Sequence record: NC_061418.1
DNA length: 64,000 bases
Direction: 5' to 3' (one strand)
The position numbers and the translations under genes are program-made. Below the pieces are notes generated by a model. It was not told where the DNA came from. It did no database searches and was given only the letters and a program-made list of their open reading frames with translations. Positions 9,972 through 20,347 of the stretch are shown here, in pieces; position 1 is the stretch's first letter, and each line of letters starts with the position of its first letter.

Positions 9972-12191
9972 TTAGTCTTGACGACGCAGAGCCAGTACAA
10001 AGCTATCGGATTTAGCATCCTGATAATCTTTGCGGACTTCTAACCAGCTGTTATCGGCGAACCAGATATAGTTCAGGCACGCGATATCGCTACCGGCATT
10101 AAAGTTCATGGCTTTCAGCGCGTTATGCAGTTTAGGTGAGGTTTCTTGGGACACGAAGAAGATTTCACCCGGCTGAGCATCAGCACTGATTCTCAGTTTC
10201 AGGTCGTTAACCAGCATCGGGGCGATAACCATATTGATACGTTTTACCACATAGATGGTACGCGCATCGGTGGTTTCGTTGACACCGGCACCAATAATCC
10301 CTGAACCCAATTTAAACATCTGGAAGTTAGCCAGGTGGAACGAGAACGCGCCAGCCAGTTTCTTCGCAAACTCAGCGCCACGTGCTTTAGTGACGTCATC
10401 CGCCAACGTCGCCAGATCTTCAAAGCTTTCAATGCGCAGACCGCAACCCATTTCCAGACGGAAGATAGAGTTCACCAGTTCGACGATATGGCGTTTCGCA
10501 GCCACTACCAGCGCAACAGGAACACGATCGATGACACGCTTCAGGTTATCGTGGATATCCTGAATATAGCTCAGTTCAATATTGTCATTGAAGTTGAGGC
10601 CCGTCATCTCCAGTTGACGCAGCGTGAACCGTGCTTCTTCCGGCGTAGCGCAAGTGTAAATCGGTTCGTAGGATTCCGCGGCGGTTTGGAACGCATTGAA
10701 GTTGGTGTGCAGGTGACCGTTCTGATCGTTGGTCATTTCTTCGGTACGAGACATTTCCTGCATACGGATATGACCCAGACCGAACCCCTTCACCGTTTCA
10801 TCTGAACGGAGAATATTCTCGAACGAGATTGTTCCCGCGTTCGGGGCTTCAGGAACCACCTTCTGTTCTTCCGGCGGCAGGGCGCTGTTTTCTTCCTTGA
10901 TACTGGCAACCACGGCTTCGTACTCCTGACGGTCCTGGTCACGAAGTTCGCGGTTAGCTTTCACGTTAAAACGTGGGCCGGCGATCGCTTTACGGATCTC
11001 GGCGTTTTTCGGGTGATAACGATTATCGGCTTCTTTTGCGCCGATGACGTTCAGTTCGTGAATTTTACGATCCACTTCTTTTACCTCTTCAGCGGTTAAC
11101 GGTTCAAACGCCATGTAACGATAACCGTCACTGGTGATGTCCCATACAGGGCGAACAGAGTCCACTTCCCATGCGATTGGGCGGTGGTTATTCGCTTCGT
11201 TCGGATGGAGCGGGATAGACATGACCACTTCGTAATCGTCTAATTTGATCAGACCCGATTCAATGTCTTCACGGGTAATAGGACGATTCGCTAAGCGGTT
11301 ACCTTTTGATGAGTAACCCGGTGCAGATTCAGCCGGCGCGGCTTTCTTTTTACTGAATGAAGCGGGGCGAGTGACTTCATGCGGTTCTACTCGCTCGTAC
11401 GCCGGCGCGGCGTTCGCAGTGCGTGGGTCTGGCATTTCGAAATCGTCACGTTCGTCACGATTCACTTCATTCCCATTTGCTTGTTCGCGCATACGGGCGG
11501 TGGCGACATACGGGTTAACACGACGGCGATTGTTACGGGCAGCATTAATATCTACCGCAGGTTCCCGACGAGAGTCGGCACGACCACGAGTAGGGATAGC
11601 GCTTTCGTAACGGCCGGGGCGAGAACCGAAACCACCGGAACTTCGTCCACGATCATCGCGATCTTCGTAACGACCTCTGCGTTCATCACGACCACGGCCT
11701 TCATAACGCCCACGACGCTCTTCTTCGCGTCCACGACCGAAGCCGCCACTGCTACGACCAAAACCACCACGACGGTCGTCGCGTCCACGGTCACCAAAGC
11801 GACGACCACGATCAGCTTCTTCCGCATACTCTTCCAGTGCACGACGCAGTTTATTAGCATTGTCAGCCAAAAACAGCATGTCGTCTTCTGTACGGCGATC
11901 GGGGATATCGACACTACGGTCTTCTTTGATCAGTGCCCCGGCAAAGAATGAGGCGAGTTCAATTGCTCCTTCCCAAAGGTCATCTGGTTCTTTACGGAGG
12001 TCAACTAACATTTCCATGGAGTCGAAAACGAAGTTGATTAAGTTTTCACGGGTCTGACGACTGCGACGAATCGCATCGTCAAGGTATTCGAAGAACGGAT
12101 CGTCACGGGACAGTTCGCTGATGCGTTCATCCAGGAAAGCAGCCAGGTTGCGATCGTTAAAATCCATCTCATTACGACGACGGTTATACAT
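9972..12191 (-). CDS. Conserved jumbo-phage protein with an Arg/Gly/Asp-rich low-complexity region
   Basis: 739 aa immediately downstream of the nvRNAP beta gene; RGRDDRRGGFGRSSGGFGRGR...RRGRYE repeats. Confidence 0.75.
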   Translation of the reverse strand: MYNRRRNEMDFNDRNLAAFLDERISELSRDDPFFEYLDDAIRRSRQTRENLINFVFDSMEMLVDLRKEPDDLWEGAIELASFFAGALIKEDRSVDIPDRRTEDDMLFLADNANKLRRALEEYAEEADRGRRFGDRGRDDRRGGFGRSSGGFGRGREEERRGRYEGRGRDERRGRYEDRDDRGRSSGGFGSRPGRYESAIPTRGRADSRREPAVDINAARNNRRRVNPYVATARMREQANGNEVNRDERDDFEMPDPRTANAAPAYERVEPHEVTRPASFSKKKAAPAESAPGYSSKGNRLANRPITREDIESGLIKLDDYEVVMSIPLHPNEANNHRPIAWEVDSVRPVWDITSDGYRYMAFEPLTAEEVKEVDRKIHELNVIGAKEADNRYHPKNAEIRKAIAGPRFNVKANRELRDQDRQEYEAVVASIKEENSALPPEEQKVVPEAPNAGTISFENILRSDETVKGFGLGHIRMQEMSRTEEMTNDQNGHLHTNFNAFQTAAESYEPIYTCATPEEARFTLRQLEMTGLNFNDNIELSYIQDIHDNLKRVIDRVPVALVVAAKRHIVELVNSIFRLEMGCGLRIESFEDLATLADDVTKARGAEFAKKLAGAFSFHLANFQMFKLGSGIIGAGVNETTDARTIYVVKRINMVIAPMLVNDLKLRISADAQPGEIFFVSQETSPKLHNALKAMNFNAGSDIACLNYIWFADNSWLEVRKDYQDAKSDSFVLALRRQD

Positions 12192-12233
12192 GTAGAATTA
12201 CTCCTGCGAGATTAGTTAATTATTTAAAATGGT

Positions 12234-13850
12234 TTATTCGGTAATTTCCCGCTGTACCATATCGAGGAGTTCAATGTTTTTCGGATTACGAATAAATTTC
12301 CCAGCGTCGTCGGTGTGGGCGTAAACGTTTAGACGTCCACGGCCGTCGGGGATACCTTTCGCAAAGTTGCACACTGAACCACATTCCATGATACTTGAAT
12401 GCAGGTGGTAAGCCGTTTCGTTAGGTTTGAAACTTTTTGTCTTACCTTTACCGATAACAGCATTGACTTGACGGATAGCGATACACGTGTGTTTGAAAAT
12501 CATGTTATCGCCCGGGTACTGAACAGAGTTAAGTTCGCCGTGTCCCCGTTGGATACCGAGGAATGCGTTAGTGGTTAGGAAACTAGACAGCTTCCATGTT
12601 AACCGCTTCAGTCGCAGCGTTTTCTGTTCTTTTTCTAACTGCCAGGTAAAGTTAAAGATACTCTCCGTGATGCCCGATAACGCATACCGTTTCACCAGGA
12701 GATATTTCCCCCACATGTTACCCGAATTATCGTCTTTCAGTCGATCCTGGATTGTTTCAAGGATATGGATAAACAACTCGTAAAGGTCATTGGCCATGAT
12801 CCCTTCTTGACGAAGATTTTTCTTCGTCTCGCCATCGACGTAAGAGTCGAGCGACTTAAGATGGAGATCAACCTTGTTGAGCAGTTTCCCTTCGTTCTCG
12901 TTCCCCTGATGCAGAATAAAACCCATGATAATGCGCCACGTGTCTGGCATATCGATGTACTGCAAATTGAAGCGTTGCGGGTAACGATCGACGACGTAGA
13001 AGAAATGCGTCGCCAGTAACTGAACACCTATGTTGTTCAACACCGCTTCACGCGGAATGATCAACGCCAGGTTCGTGGGTTTCCAATCGCTGATTGCGCG
13101 GCGGCGTTCCGGCGGCGGTAACCCTTGCGTGGTAAAGATCACGTAGTCTTGCTCTGGGTAATCCTCACGTAAGTTGTGACGGTTCTCTTCGATCACGACG
13201 TCAATGTCGTAGAAACGTTTAAAGGTTTCCGTTACGCCATACTTACAGAACAGGTAATGACCCAGCGTCGAGTTAAACGACGATTTCTTCCCTTCGTTCC
13301 CTGTTTTACCTTGATAGATATTTCCGTAGACTACAAAGGACGGGATTGATTCGCCGTCTTGTAGGACACTGTAAATACTCCGTTTCAAAGTGAACTTCGC
13401 TCGGAAGAGGATCGTGAACAAATCATTCCCGGCTACCGAGAAAACCAAATCCGCCAGGATCGGATGAATTGTTGCACGTGAGCCGCCTAACCATAACGTC
13501 CCTGCTTCCCTGACAAACGGAATATTGATGTTCCGTGGTAGGATGTGGATTTTCTGAAAACGCAGTTTCATTTCCGACATCACCGCGTCAGTTTGCGCAA
13601 TATCAACTTCCCCGCGACGTTCCGCCTTTTCATTCCCTTTAATGATCGCCTGAGACTCTTCGTAGGGCGTCAGTCTACGCATCCCCAGGTATTCGACATC
13701 GGGAGGAAAGTCCTGTGCCGCACAATGCGCAATTCGATCGATATACTGTTCGGCATCCTCTAAATCCTTAACAGCAAATCCACCGGCAATGTCTTTGTTG
13801 AACTTGGGTAACGGTTCAACAATGTCATTAAACAATGCTATATCAGCCAC
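12234..13850 (-). CDS. Non-virion RNA polymerase beta-like subunit (phiKZ gp123-like)
   Basis: 538 aa; C-terminal YHLHSSIMECGSVCNFAKGIPDGRGRLN resembles the RNAP beta VHxSHYGRxCPxETPEG region; synteny near the capsid gene. Confidence 0.8.
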   Translation of the reverse strand: MADIALFNDIVEPLPKFNKDIAGGFAVKDLEDAEQYIDRIAHCAAQDFPPDVEYLGMRRLTPYEESQAIIKGNEKAERRGEVDIAQTDAVMSEMKLRFQKIHILPRNINIPFVREAGTLWLGGSRATIHPILADLVFSVAGNDLFTILFRAKFTLKRSIYSVLQDGESIPSFVVYGNIYQGKTGNEGKKSSFNSTLGHYLFCKYGVTETFKRFYDIDVVIEENRHNLREDYPEQDYVIFTTQGLPPPERRRAISDWKPTNLALIIPREAVLNNIGVQLLATHFFYVVDRYPQRFNLQYIDMPDTWRIIMGFILHQGNENEGKLLNKVDLHLKSLDSYVDGETKKNLRQEGIMANDLYELFIHILETIQDRLKDDNSGNMWGKYLLVKRYALSGITESIFNFTWQLEKEQKTLRLKRLTWKLSSFLTTNAFLGIQRGHGELNSVQYPGDNMIFKHTCIAIRQVNAVIGKGKTKSFKPNETAYHLHSSIMECGSVCNFAKGIPDGRGRLNVYAHTDDAGKFIRNPKNIELLDMVQREITE

Positions 13851-13873
13851 ACATGCATCCTTATTTCAATCAA

Positions 13874-14872
13874 CTATAACACAACCGCGGCCGCGGTCGC
13901 ACCCAACACCGCCTTCTTCGTCAAGAAAGACAGTAACCATTTTCCGGCTTTCATCATAGTCGGTAGAATGGATTTAATAAATTCTCCGCCGGCTTTAATC
14001 CAGGCTGAGACCACTTTCGCTTTCTTCTCTTTATCTTCGCTTTGCTTCCCTTCCTTTAACGACGCCTTTTCCATCTCAAGTTCTTTCAAAGCTGCTTCTC
14101 GGGACGTATGGAACTTAATCCCTAACGGATTGTTTCCCGATATTGCATCTTCGAAAGAAAAGAAGCTTTTAGTCGCTAATAAGCGAAGTCCCTCCTTAAT
14201 TTTGCCGTAGTTTTGAACAGTGACGCCATCGGGCTCGTTAGACGCACGAGAGATATTGACTTTCAATACCTGGTTACCGATGGTATAATAAAGCCCTTCG
14301 ACAAATCGTTCTTTGTCGACAGCACTCACGACAATACCTGACACCTTACTGATTTTACACCCGATATCATCCTGGACAATATCGTGAATGGTTTCTTCAC
14401 GATCAACCAATGACGCTTTAGAAATCCGCATCCCTAAACCCGGGACGCTAATCTCCGACCCTAACGTATCGAAATCGCTTTCGTCTATCAAGAACACCAT
14501 ACGGTATTTGTAATGGTTTCTCGAGCAACGTAGGTCCTCGTCAAAGTGCACCATGCAGTTACCTTTGACAGCATCATAAAGGCCGAAGCTCGCCTCAGCA
14601 TAATTATTCTTCGGGTCGTCAATATTGACCGTATCAGTGCAATAGAGTACGGTAAGGTGGATGATCAAATACCCACGTAACTTTGCCGTTCCGTGAGAAA
14701 ATACAACATTGTCAGTCCCATCGGATTTCTGTACAGCAAGATCGTACCGATAGTTGTTAGTGATCTCCATGGTAACGGATAAATCACAATTCCCTGTACG
14801 GTAATCATTTGCCATCACTAGAAACTCATGGGGCATCTTTTCTTTTCGAGGATTATCTCTCTTATAGACCAT
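13874..14872 (-). CDS. Hypothetical protein with a C-terminal coiled coil and amphipathic/hydrophobic tail
   Basis: 332 aa ORF; ends VVSAWIKAGGEFIKSILPTMMKAGKWLLSFLTKKAVLGATAAAVVL. Confidence 0.7.
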   Translation of the reverse strand: MVYKRDNPRKEKMPHEFLVMANDYRTGNCDLSVTMEITNNYRYDLAVQKSDGTDNVVFSHGTAKLRGYLIIHLTVLYCTDTVNIDDPKNNYAEASFGLYDAVKGNCMVHFDEDLRCSRNHYKYRMVFLIDESDFDTLGSEISVPGLGMRISKASLVDREETIHDIVQDDIGCKISKVSGIVVSAVDKERFVEGLYYTIGNQVLKVNISRASNEPDGVTVQNYGKIKEGLRLLATKSFFSFEDAISGNNPLGIKFHTSREAALKELEMEKASLKEGKQSEDKEKKAKVVSAWIKAGGEFIKSILPTMMKAGKWLLSFLTKKAVLGATAAAVVL

Positions 14873-14961
14873 CCGTACTTCCTGTTAGTGAATTGAAATG
14901 GAACTTTCGTTCCGGCCAGTTTGGATCTTTCTCAAGGATCCTTCTATACACTCTCAATAAG

Positions 14962-14969
14962 GTAATATA
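14962..14969 (-). promoter_or_regulatory. Candidate early (virion RNAP) promoter core TATATTAC
   Basis: Minus strand AAAAAATGTTCAGACC-TATATTAC, about 90 nt upstream of the operon that includes the nvRNAP subunit; matches the published phiKZ early motif. Confidence 0.65.
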
Positions 14970-15002
14970 GGTCTGAACATTTTTCGATTTGACGGACATA
15001 GA

Positions 15003-15032
15003 CCCAGTCTCCCGCCGAAGCGGGAGACTGGG
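15003..15032 (-). terminator. Capsid-gene terminator hairpin
   Basis: CCCAGTCTCCCGC-CGAA-GCGGGAGACTGGG (13 bp; UUCG loop on the minus strand). Confidence 0.8.
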
Positions 15033-15066
15033 CTAAGAGTTAGTAAACTAACTTACGCGCGTTAAC

Positions 15067-17352
15067 TTAGGACGCAGGAACAACCTGAGTTTCGTTAACG
15101 TCGAGCGCGGTACGCTGTGCGATCGCTTCTTCCAGGTTGACCACGTTGATGACCAGCATGATCGGCAGGAAGTTGAAATAGCGGTAGCGCGGGGTCAGGC
15201 GGATTTCTTTACCGATACGTTGGTTACGGATCATGTTGAAATCAACCAGGTATTCCGGGATGAAGCCCAGAACGCCGTGCTGCAGCGGATGCGGTTCAGA
15301 CTCGTTCGGCAGGATGAAAGTCATGACGATCTTGTCTTTCATACGCAGATCGGAGATACGCGCGATGGTGTAATCGTAACCGATACCCACGGTGCGGTCG
15401 TCGCCGTTGATCTGGATGTACTGCGGCAGACGCATGTCAGTACCGATCGCTACGTGCGGCTTCGGAGAACGGCCAGAGAAGGCAGCTTCCAGAGCAGCGG
15501 TGTAACCGGTCAGCTGATCTGCGGTGTAAACCATTTCGTTGATCTTGGACACGATCAGGCCCTGAATATCGCTCTGTTTTGCAGCAGAGGTCAGGCTGTT
15601 CAGATCGTTCAGAACATCGATGGTCGCTTCGTTGAAGTACGGACGCACGTAATACTGACCAACACCTTCCAGGCCCAGGTTGGACTCGATCGGGTGCGGA
15701 ACGCCAACGCCCAGATAGGACTTCAGGGTGTCTGCGCGGTTCAGCAGGGTGGTTACGGCGTTGTTACGCATCTGGATACGATACGCGGTGGTCAGAGCTT
15801 CCAGGCGCGGATAGGTTTTGTCGTCTTCAACCATGGCCGGTTTAACGATAACCAGCGGCGGCAGAGTCGGGATCATGAAACCTTGTTTCTGTACGTCGGA
15901 GTCAATCAGCAGACCCATTTCCAGCTGGTTGATGTTGGTCAGACGAGCTTCCAGGCTATAGCCTTCGCCTTTCACTTCCAGACCGGACAGTACCGCAGCA
16001 ACGCGCGAATCGGTCAGCGCGATTTCTTTACCGTCTTTGTCGAATACGCGAGCAACGCGCAGAGAACGCAGAGAGGTGTCGCCATTACCGTTTTCAACGT
16101 TCATTTCGCCGTCGATTTTCACGTCCAGCTCAACGCGATAACCCTGATCGAACAGAGAACCGAAGAGTTGGGATTCAGCGCCGTTCACCAGACGAGTCTG
16201 ATCGCCCAGACCGATAGCGGTGTGGAATTTCAGCTGCATCTGACGGAAGTTGTATTCGCGGGTCGCGGTGTACGCAGCGTACTGGTTCTGGTTAACGTCC
16301 AGCGCCAGCAGTTCAGTGGTGCCGCCTTTGGTGACGGAGACCAGCAGTTGTTTCAGGGCAATACGGCTGTCCAGGGAGTCGGTAAAGGTCATGGAACCTT
16401 TTTTCAGACGGGACGGCGTTTGCGCCAGCATCAGCAGGTTGAAGCCTTCGCCATTTTCGCTGAATTTCAGGAAGTTGGTATCGAAGGTGTCTTTACCCTG
16501 TTTCACGGTCTGCGCAGCCAGAACCGACGGGGCGATGAACTGGTCGTCGTTTTCGCCAGACTGGATAACCGGGATCAGCTCGGTGCTGTTGGTTTCCAGA
16601 GTGGTGTAATCCAGCAGGCCCTGCAGGATGTTACGCTTGATGATTTCTTGTTTCTCGCCGCCCAGACCTTCACCGGTCCAGCCTTCCCACACCATGTTAC
16701 GACGGATAGACAGCTGGAAGCCAGCCTGGTCCGGGGTCACGATATAGGTGCGATAGAACAGTTCAGCGAACTCGTGTTGTTTCGCTACGATCATGTTGAT
16801 CGCGTAGGAGTGTTCGCGCCATTTTTCGGTTTCTTTCTCGTCGAAAGATTCCAGAGACGGCAAGGAACCGGCCGGCAGGGTCGCGATGGAACCGTTAGCA
16901 CCCGCAGAAACGAATTCGTTAACACGAACGTCGTTTTCAAAGGACGGAATGCTGTAACCGTCACGGTAGTAAGCACGCGGTGCGTTGTGAGACATCGCCA
17001 GGACAGCAGCTGCTTCAACTGCAACTTCTTTCTGGTGTTCACGCAGTTCTTCACCGCCGTCAACAAAGCCTTCGCCTTCGCCGTCTACTGCATCAGCAGA
17101 TTCGGTGATGGAGCTGATCTGATCGACCGCGTCGTTCAGGGACTCTTTGACCGCTTCCAGGGTGGATTCTACTTCTTCCGGGTTTACGCCCAGTTCACCG
17201 TAGCTTTCCAGCGCAACAGACATGACACCAGCGGCAGCGCCCTGCGGCAGCAGGGTGTGGTTCTTTTCAACGGACTGGCGAACGCTGTCGACCAGTGATT
17301 TAATAGCACCAGCAGCGCCGGCGCCCAGTAGACCTTTTTTAGGACGTGCCAT
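15067..17352 (-). CDS. Major capsid protein (phiKZ gp120-like)
   Basis: 761 aa with strong highly-expressed codon bias; acidic N-terminal propeptide with VALE-S and PSLE-SFD sites; C-terminal RYRYFNFLPIM; conserved position between DnaB and nvRNAP beta. Confidence 0.9.
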   Translation of the reverse strand: MARPKKGLLGAGAAGAIKSLVDSVRQSVEKNHTLLPQGAAAGVMSVALESYGELGVNPEEVESTLEAVKESLNDAVDQISSITESADAVDGEGEGFVDGGEELREHQKEVAVEAAAVLAMSHNAPRAYYRDGYSIPSFENDVRVNEFVSAGANGSIATLPAGSLPSLESFDEKETEKWREHSYAINMIVAKQHEFAELFYRTYIVTPDQAGFQLSIRRNMVWEGWTGEGLGGEKQEIIKRNILQGLLDYTTLETNSTELIPVIQSGENDDQFIAPSVLAAQTVKQGKDTFDTNFLKFSENGEGFNLLMLAQTPSRLKKGSMTFTDSLDSRIALKQLLVSVTKGGTTELLALDVNQNQYAAYTATREYNFRQMQLKFHTAIGLGDQTRLVNGAESQLFGSLFDQGYRVELDVKIDGEMNVENGNGDTSLRSLRVARVFDKDGKEIALTDSRVAAVLSGLEVKGEGYSLEARLTNINQLEMGLLIDSDVQKQGFMIPTLPPLVIVKPAMVEDDKTYPRLEALTTAYRIQMRNNAVTTLLNRADTLKSYLGVGVPHPIESNLGLEGVGQYYVRPYFNEATIDVLNDLNSLTSAAKQSDIQGLIVSKINEMVYTADQLTGYTAALEAAFSGRSPKPHVAIGTDMRLPQYIQINGDDRTVGIGYDYTIARISDLRMKDKIVMTFILPNESEPHPLQHGVLGFIPEYLVDFNMIRNQRIGKEIRLTPRYRYFNFLPIMLVINVVNLEEAIAQRTALDVNETQVVPAS

Positions 17353-17466
17353 TTTATTACGTTCCTTTAATAACGTTATTTTAGAAACTCTCTCGACAGC
17401 GCTGTCAAGAAATTGTCATATGATTCAATAAACACGAATGCAGTAATGTTTCATAATATACTACAA

Positions 17467-18027
17467 TTAGCCGGATACCGCTACACGAAGGTAACGTTTA
17501 AAGAATTCGTATTGTTTGAATTCCCCGTACTCCAATTTACCACCGACGGTTTCCAATAAAGCATTGAAGAAAGCACGCTCATCCTGAAAAACCGGGACAC
17601 GGCTCCCTATAAGAACTAATGTATCGGAATCCACCAGTAACGGCAGGTAATACTCTTTCGCCATCAAACCCGTTGCCTGGAATGAGAGCGGCGATTCGTT
17701 CTTTTCGGCTAGAGCGTCTGACACATTAACAGAGATACGCACGTTCTCAACCTTTTTACTGCGATCGGCGAGGAACAGCGCGTTGGCATCGGTCGAAGCA
17801 ATAGAAGGAATATCTTCGAAAGCGCGATCCGTGAAGGCATTCACGAAATTCTGCGTCAGCGCATAAATAATGACTTGCTCCTCTGATAATATAGAAGACT
17901 TCGTCTCCAACAATTTAGAAAAGCAAAGAAGATCTTGATAGCTGAGGTCCGGGGATGCGGTGACTACCTCATCCAACCAACTCGGAACCACCGCGACACG
18001 AAGACGTTTTATTGGTGTGATCTTCAT
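17467..18027 (-). CDS. Conserved hypothetical protein upstream of the capsid gene
   Basis: 186 aa ORF, divergent from DnaB. Confidence 0.7.
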   Translation of the reverse strand: MKITPIKRLRVAVVPSWLDEVVTASPDLSYQDLLCFSKLLETKSSILSEEQVIIYALTQNFVNAFTDRAFEDIPSIASTDANALFLADRSKKVENVRISVNVSDALAEKNESPLSFQATGLMAKEYYLPLLVDSDTLVLIGSRVPVFQDERAFFNALLETVGGKLEYGEFKQYEFFKRYLRVAVSG

Positions 18028-18084
18028 AACGGCCCCTGTGGGTGAAAAATATTTTTTAACATAAAATTTGAGTGAGATGGAACC

Positions 18085-19644
18085 ATGAATTATAAAATGA
18101 CGATTGTGAACGCCTTGGCGCTGTTGTTCTGGGAAAACCAGATTAGTTCAGGAAGCGATAGTAAGGCACTCGTCAAGAATATCATGCAGTATGCTAACCC
18201 CGGTAAAAACTCCACCGACAGTGACAGAGTAAAAGAAATTTACGAAGGGTTACAAGTTCTCATTCTTAAGATGACGTCACGTCAGGATCTTTGTAAGAAT
18301 AGAGAACTCATTGTACAGAACGTCAGAATGATTGCAGCGGATGAACCTTACGTTGTCGACATTGTTGAAGGGGCACTCGATTTACACTTAGACGAAGCCG
18401 CCATCAAAAACCATTGTCGTCTCCTGATTCAGGAGTTAAACGACGTCATACGTAAAGCAGAGTTTCGCAAACGCTTCCAAGAATTCAGTAAAGATGTGCT
18501 TTACGGTGACGGGGAATTTCAGCTGAACGAAGTCGCCAGAAGCATGATCACGCATTTTGAAGGTTATGCGCACGATAAAAGTGATAAGCCTGAACATACA
18601 CCAGGCGTTATGGATTTCGTTGACTTCAACGATGAAGAATCCCTGAAAGCAATCTTCACCCGAGCCCGTGACCAGATCTCTCCGGACGAGATTATCAAGT
18701 TTGGTCTCCAGGGGCTCAACCGGATGTTTGGTGAGCAAATGGGTGGTCGTCGCGGTGAGATGGTTTTAGTCGGGGGTTTACAACACCATTTCAAATCGGG
18801 TCTGACAATGATGATGACTCGGGGCGCAGCACTTTATAATATCCCTAAATTAAAAGACCCGACGAAGAAACCGGCAATCGTACTGATATCGTCTGAGAAC
18901 GACCTGCCGATCAACATGCAAACCATGTATAAGCAATGTGTTGAACCGACGTTAGGACGTCAGATTAAGAAGAACGAAATTGATCCTAATATTGCAGCAC
19001 AGTTCATGAAAGAGAAGTTTGCCGAGAATGGTTGGCATTTCTTGATGTTCCGCATTAACCCGGATGAATTCACTTTCTCTTCACTGCAATCGTTGACGTT
19101 AGGTCTCGAAGCAGACGGTTACGAAATTGTCGTCATGACGTTCGACTATTTGGCGATGATGTCCAGTAAAGGTTTTGATAACGGTGGAATCACTGGACGT
19201 GAGAAACAAGCCATGTTTAAACGCACCCGTAACTTTATGGTCATGCGTCATGTTCTGTTTATCACGCCTCACCAGTTGTCAACCGAAGCCTTGAGCATCG
19301 AACGTGATCGCCCTGGGCAGTTCCTTAATGAGATACTTAACCGAGCTTACTATAACGAATGTAAAACCATCGCTCAGGAAGTAGACTTTGAAGTCAATAT
19401 CCAAAAACAAATTGTCGATGGCGTCGCGTATTTAAACTTGGGGCGCGGTAAACACCGTGGGGTAGATAACACACCAATTCAGGATCAACGTTGTACCTAC
19501 CGCTTTACGGACATTGGGATTCCTGATGACATTTACACCGAAGACCAATCGATGAAAAAACCAGGTGCCCAGACCGCAGGACAGGGTGGGGGTGCAGCTT
19601 GGTTCCAAACTAACGACCAACTCAACGATTTCGTACTCAACTAA
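18085..19644 (+). CDS. dnaB: DnaB-like replicative helicase (phiKZ gp118-like)
   Basis: GLNRMFGEQMGGRRGEMVLVGGLQHHFKSG (variant Walker A), FDYL (Walker B), PHQLS, RGKHRG. Confidence 0.85.
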   Translation: MNYKMTIVNALALLFWENQISSGSDSKALVKNIMQYANPGKNSTDSDRVKEIYEGLQVLILKMTSRQDLCKNRELIVQNVRMIAADEPYVVDIVEGALDLHLDEAAIKNHCRLLIQELNDVIRKAEFRKRFQEFSKDVLYGDGEFQLNEVARSMITHFEGYAHDKSDKPEHTPGVMDFVDFNDEESLKAIFTRARDQISPDEIIKFGLQGLNRMFGEQMGGRRGEMVLVGGLQHHFKSGLTMMMTRGAALYNIPKLKDPTKKPAIVLISSENDLPINMQTMYKQCVEPTLGRQIKKNEIDPNIAAQFMKEKFAENGWHFLMFRINPDEFTFSSLQSLTLGLEADGYEIVVMTFDYLAMMSSKGFDNGGITGREKQAMFKRTRNFMVMRHVLFITPHQLSTEALSIERDRPGQFLNEILNRAYYNECKTIAQEVDFEVNIQKQIVDGVAYLNLGRGKHRGVDNTPIQDQRCTYRFTDIGIPDDIYTEDQSMKKPGAQTAGQGGGAAWFQTNDQLNDFVLN

Positions 19645-19684
19645 TTCATTCATAACCTTTTCACTCAATAACGGCATAGTGCCG

Positions 19685-19716
19685 CTCCCATGGATAGCGA
19701 AAGCTATCCATGGGAG
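19685..19716. terminator. 14-bp hairpin at a convergent junction
   Basis: CTCCCATGGATAGC-GAAA-GCTATCCATGGGAG. Confidence 0.78.
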
Positions 19717-19726
19717 GCTTTTTAGT

Positions 19727-20089
19727 TTATACGCTTTTTAGCGGATTCAGTTTGTCTACTTCGGGGTTACACGGGTACTGCTGTTTGAGCTTGCGGTAAA
19801 GACACCCTTTATACCGTGTCAGGTTATCCTCCACCAACTTCAGTAATTCATCGCCGGTATAGTCCGCACCTTCGTCTCCCGTAAAGAAACCGACGTAGAT
19901 CAGATGGAGACAGATAGCGGCGGTACTGTCCTGCTGTTGATGTTTGTATTTGAGCAGTTCTAACATTTCACTGGCCGACTTGATCACGAAATGATCTATT
20001 TTATCGATGAGTCGGTAGACGTGTTCTATCTGTTCTGTTGTTGTCATACGTTCCATACGACGTTCGCCAAGATTAATCAAGTCAGCCAT
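19727..20089 (-). CDS. Hypothetical protein
   Basis: 120 aa ORF with AAGG RBS, same strand as its neighbours. Confidence 0.65.
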   Translation of the reverse strand: MADLINLGERRMERMTTTEQIEHVYRLIDKIDHFVIKSASEMLELLKYKHQQQDSTAAICLHLIYVGFFTGDEGADYTGDELLKLVEDNLTRYKGCLYRKLKQQYPCNPEVDKLNPLKSV

Positions 20090-20092
20090 AGA

Positions 20093-20266
20093 TTATCCTT
20101 CAGTTAGTTCTGCATACCGTTGTGCGATTTGATTGTCAGACATATTGGCCAGTTGAGCTTCGGTATAACCGAAACGATACTGTAACACGGTTTCCTGGTA
20201 GGCACGTGGAGAGAGTTCAACCTCACCGCCCGCGTCGATATGGTAAGATACCTTATTATCGCTCAT
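20093..20266 (-). CDS. Small hypothetical protein (57 aa)
   Basis: Not in the ORF track. MSDNKVSYHIDAGGEVELSPRAYQETVLQYRFGYTEAQLANMSDNQIAQRYAELTEG; GAGG RBS; fills the gap exactly. Confidence 0.6.
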   Translation of the reverse strand: MSDNKVSYHIDAGGEVELSPRAYQETVLQYRFGYTEAQLANMSDNQIAQRYAELTEG

Positions 20267-20298
20267 TCTCGTGATTCCTCATTAAGAAATAAAAAGTC

Positions 20299-20324
20299 CA
20301 CTGGTGAGGAAACCCTCACCAGTG
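20299..20324 (-). terminator. 11-bp hairpin terminator
   Basis: CACTGGTGAGG-AAAC-CCTCACCAGTG, with a T-tract on the minus strand. Confidence 0.7.
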
Positions 20325-20347
20325 TAACCAAATGGTTTCTAATCTCA

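Noticed and set aside
15220-17298. 692-aa ORF antisense to the major capsid gene
   Set aside because: It mirrors the capsid frame. Strong codon bias in the capsid gene removes antisense stops, and the translation has no recognisable motifs or RBS.
18740-18810. Degenerate DnaB Walker A (GGLQHHFKS) as a sign of inactivation
   Set aside because: Other DnaB motifs are intact and variant P-loops are expected in phiKZ-like helicases
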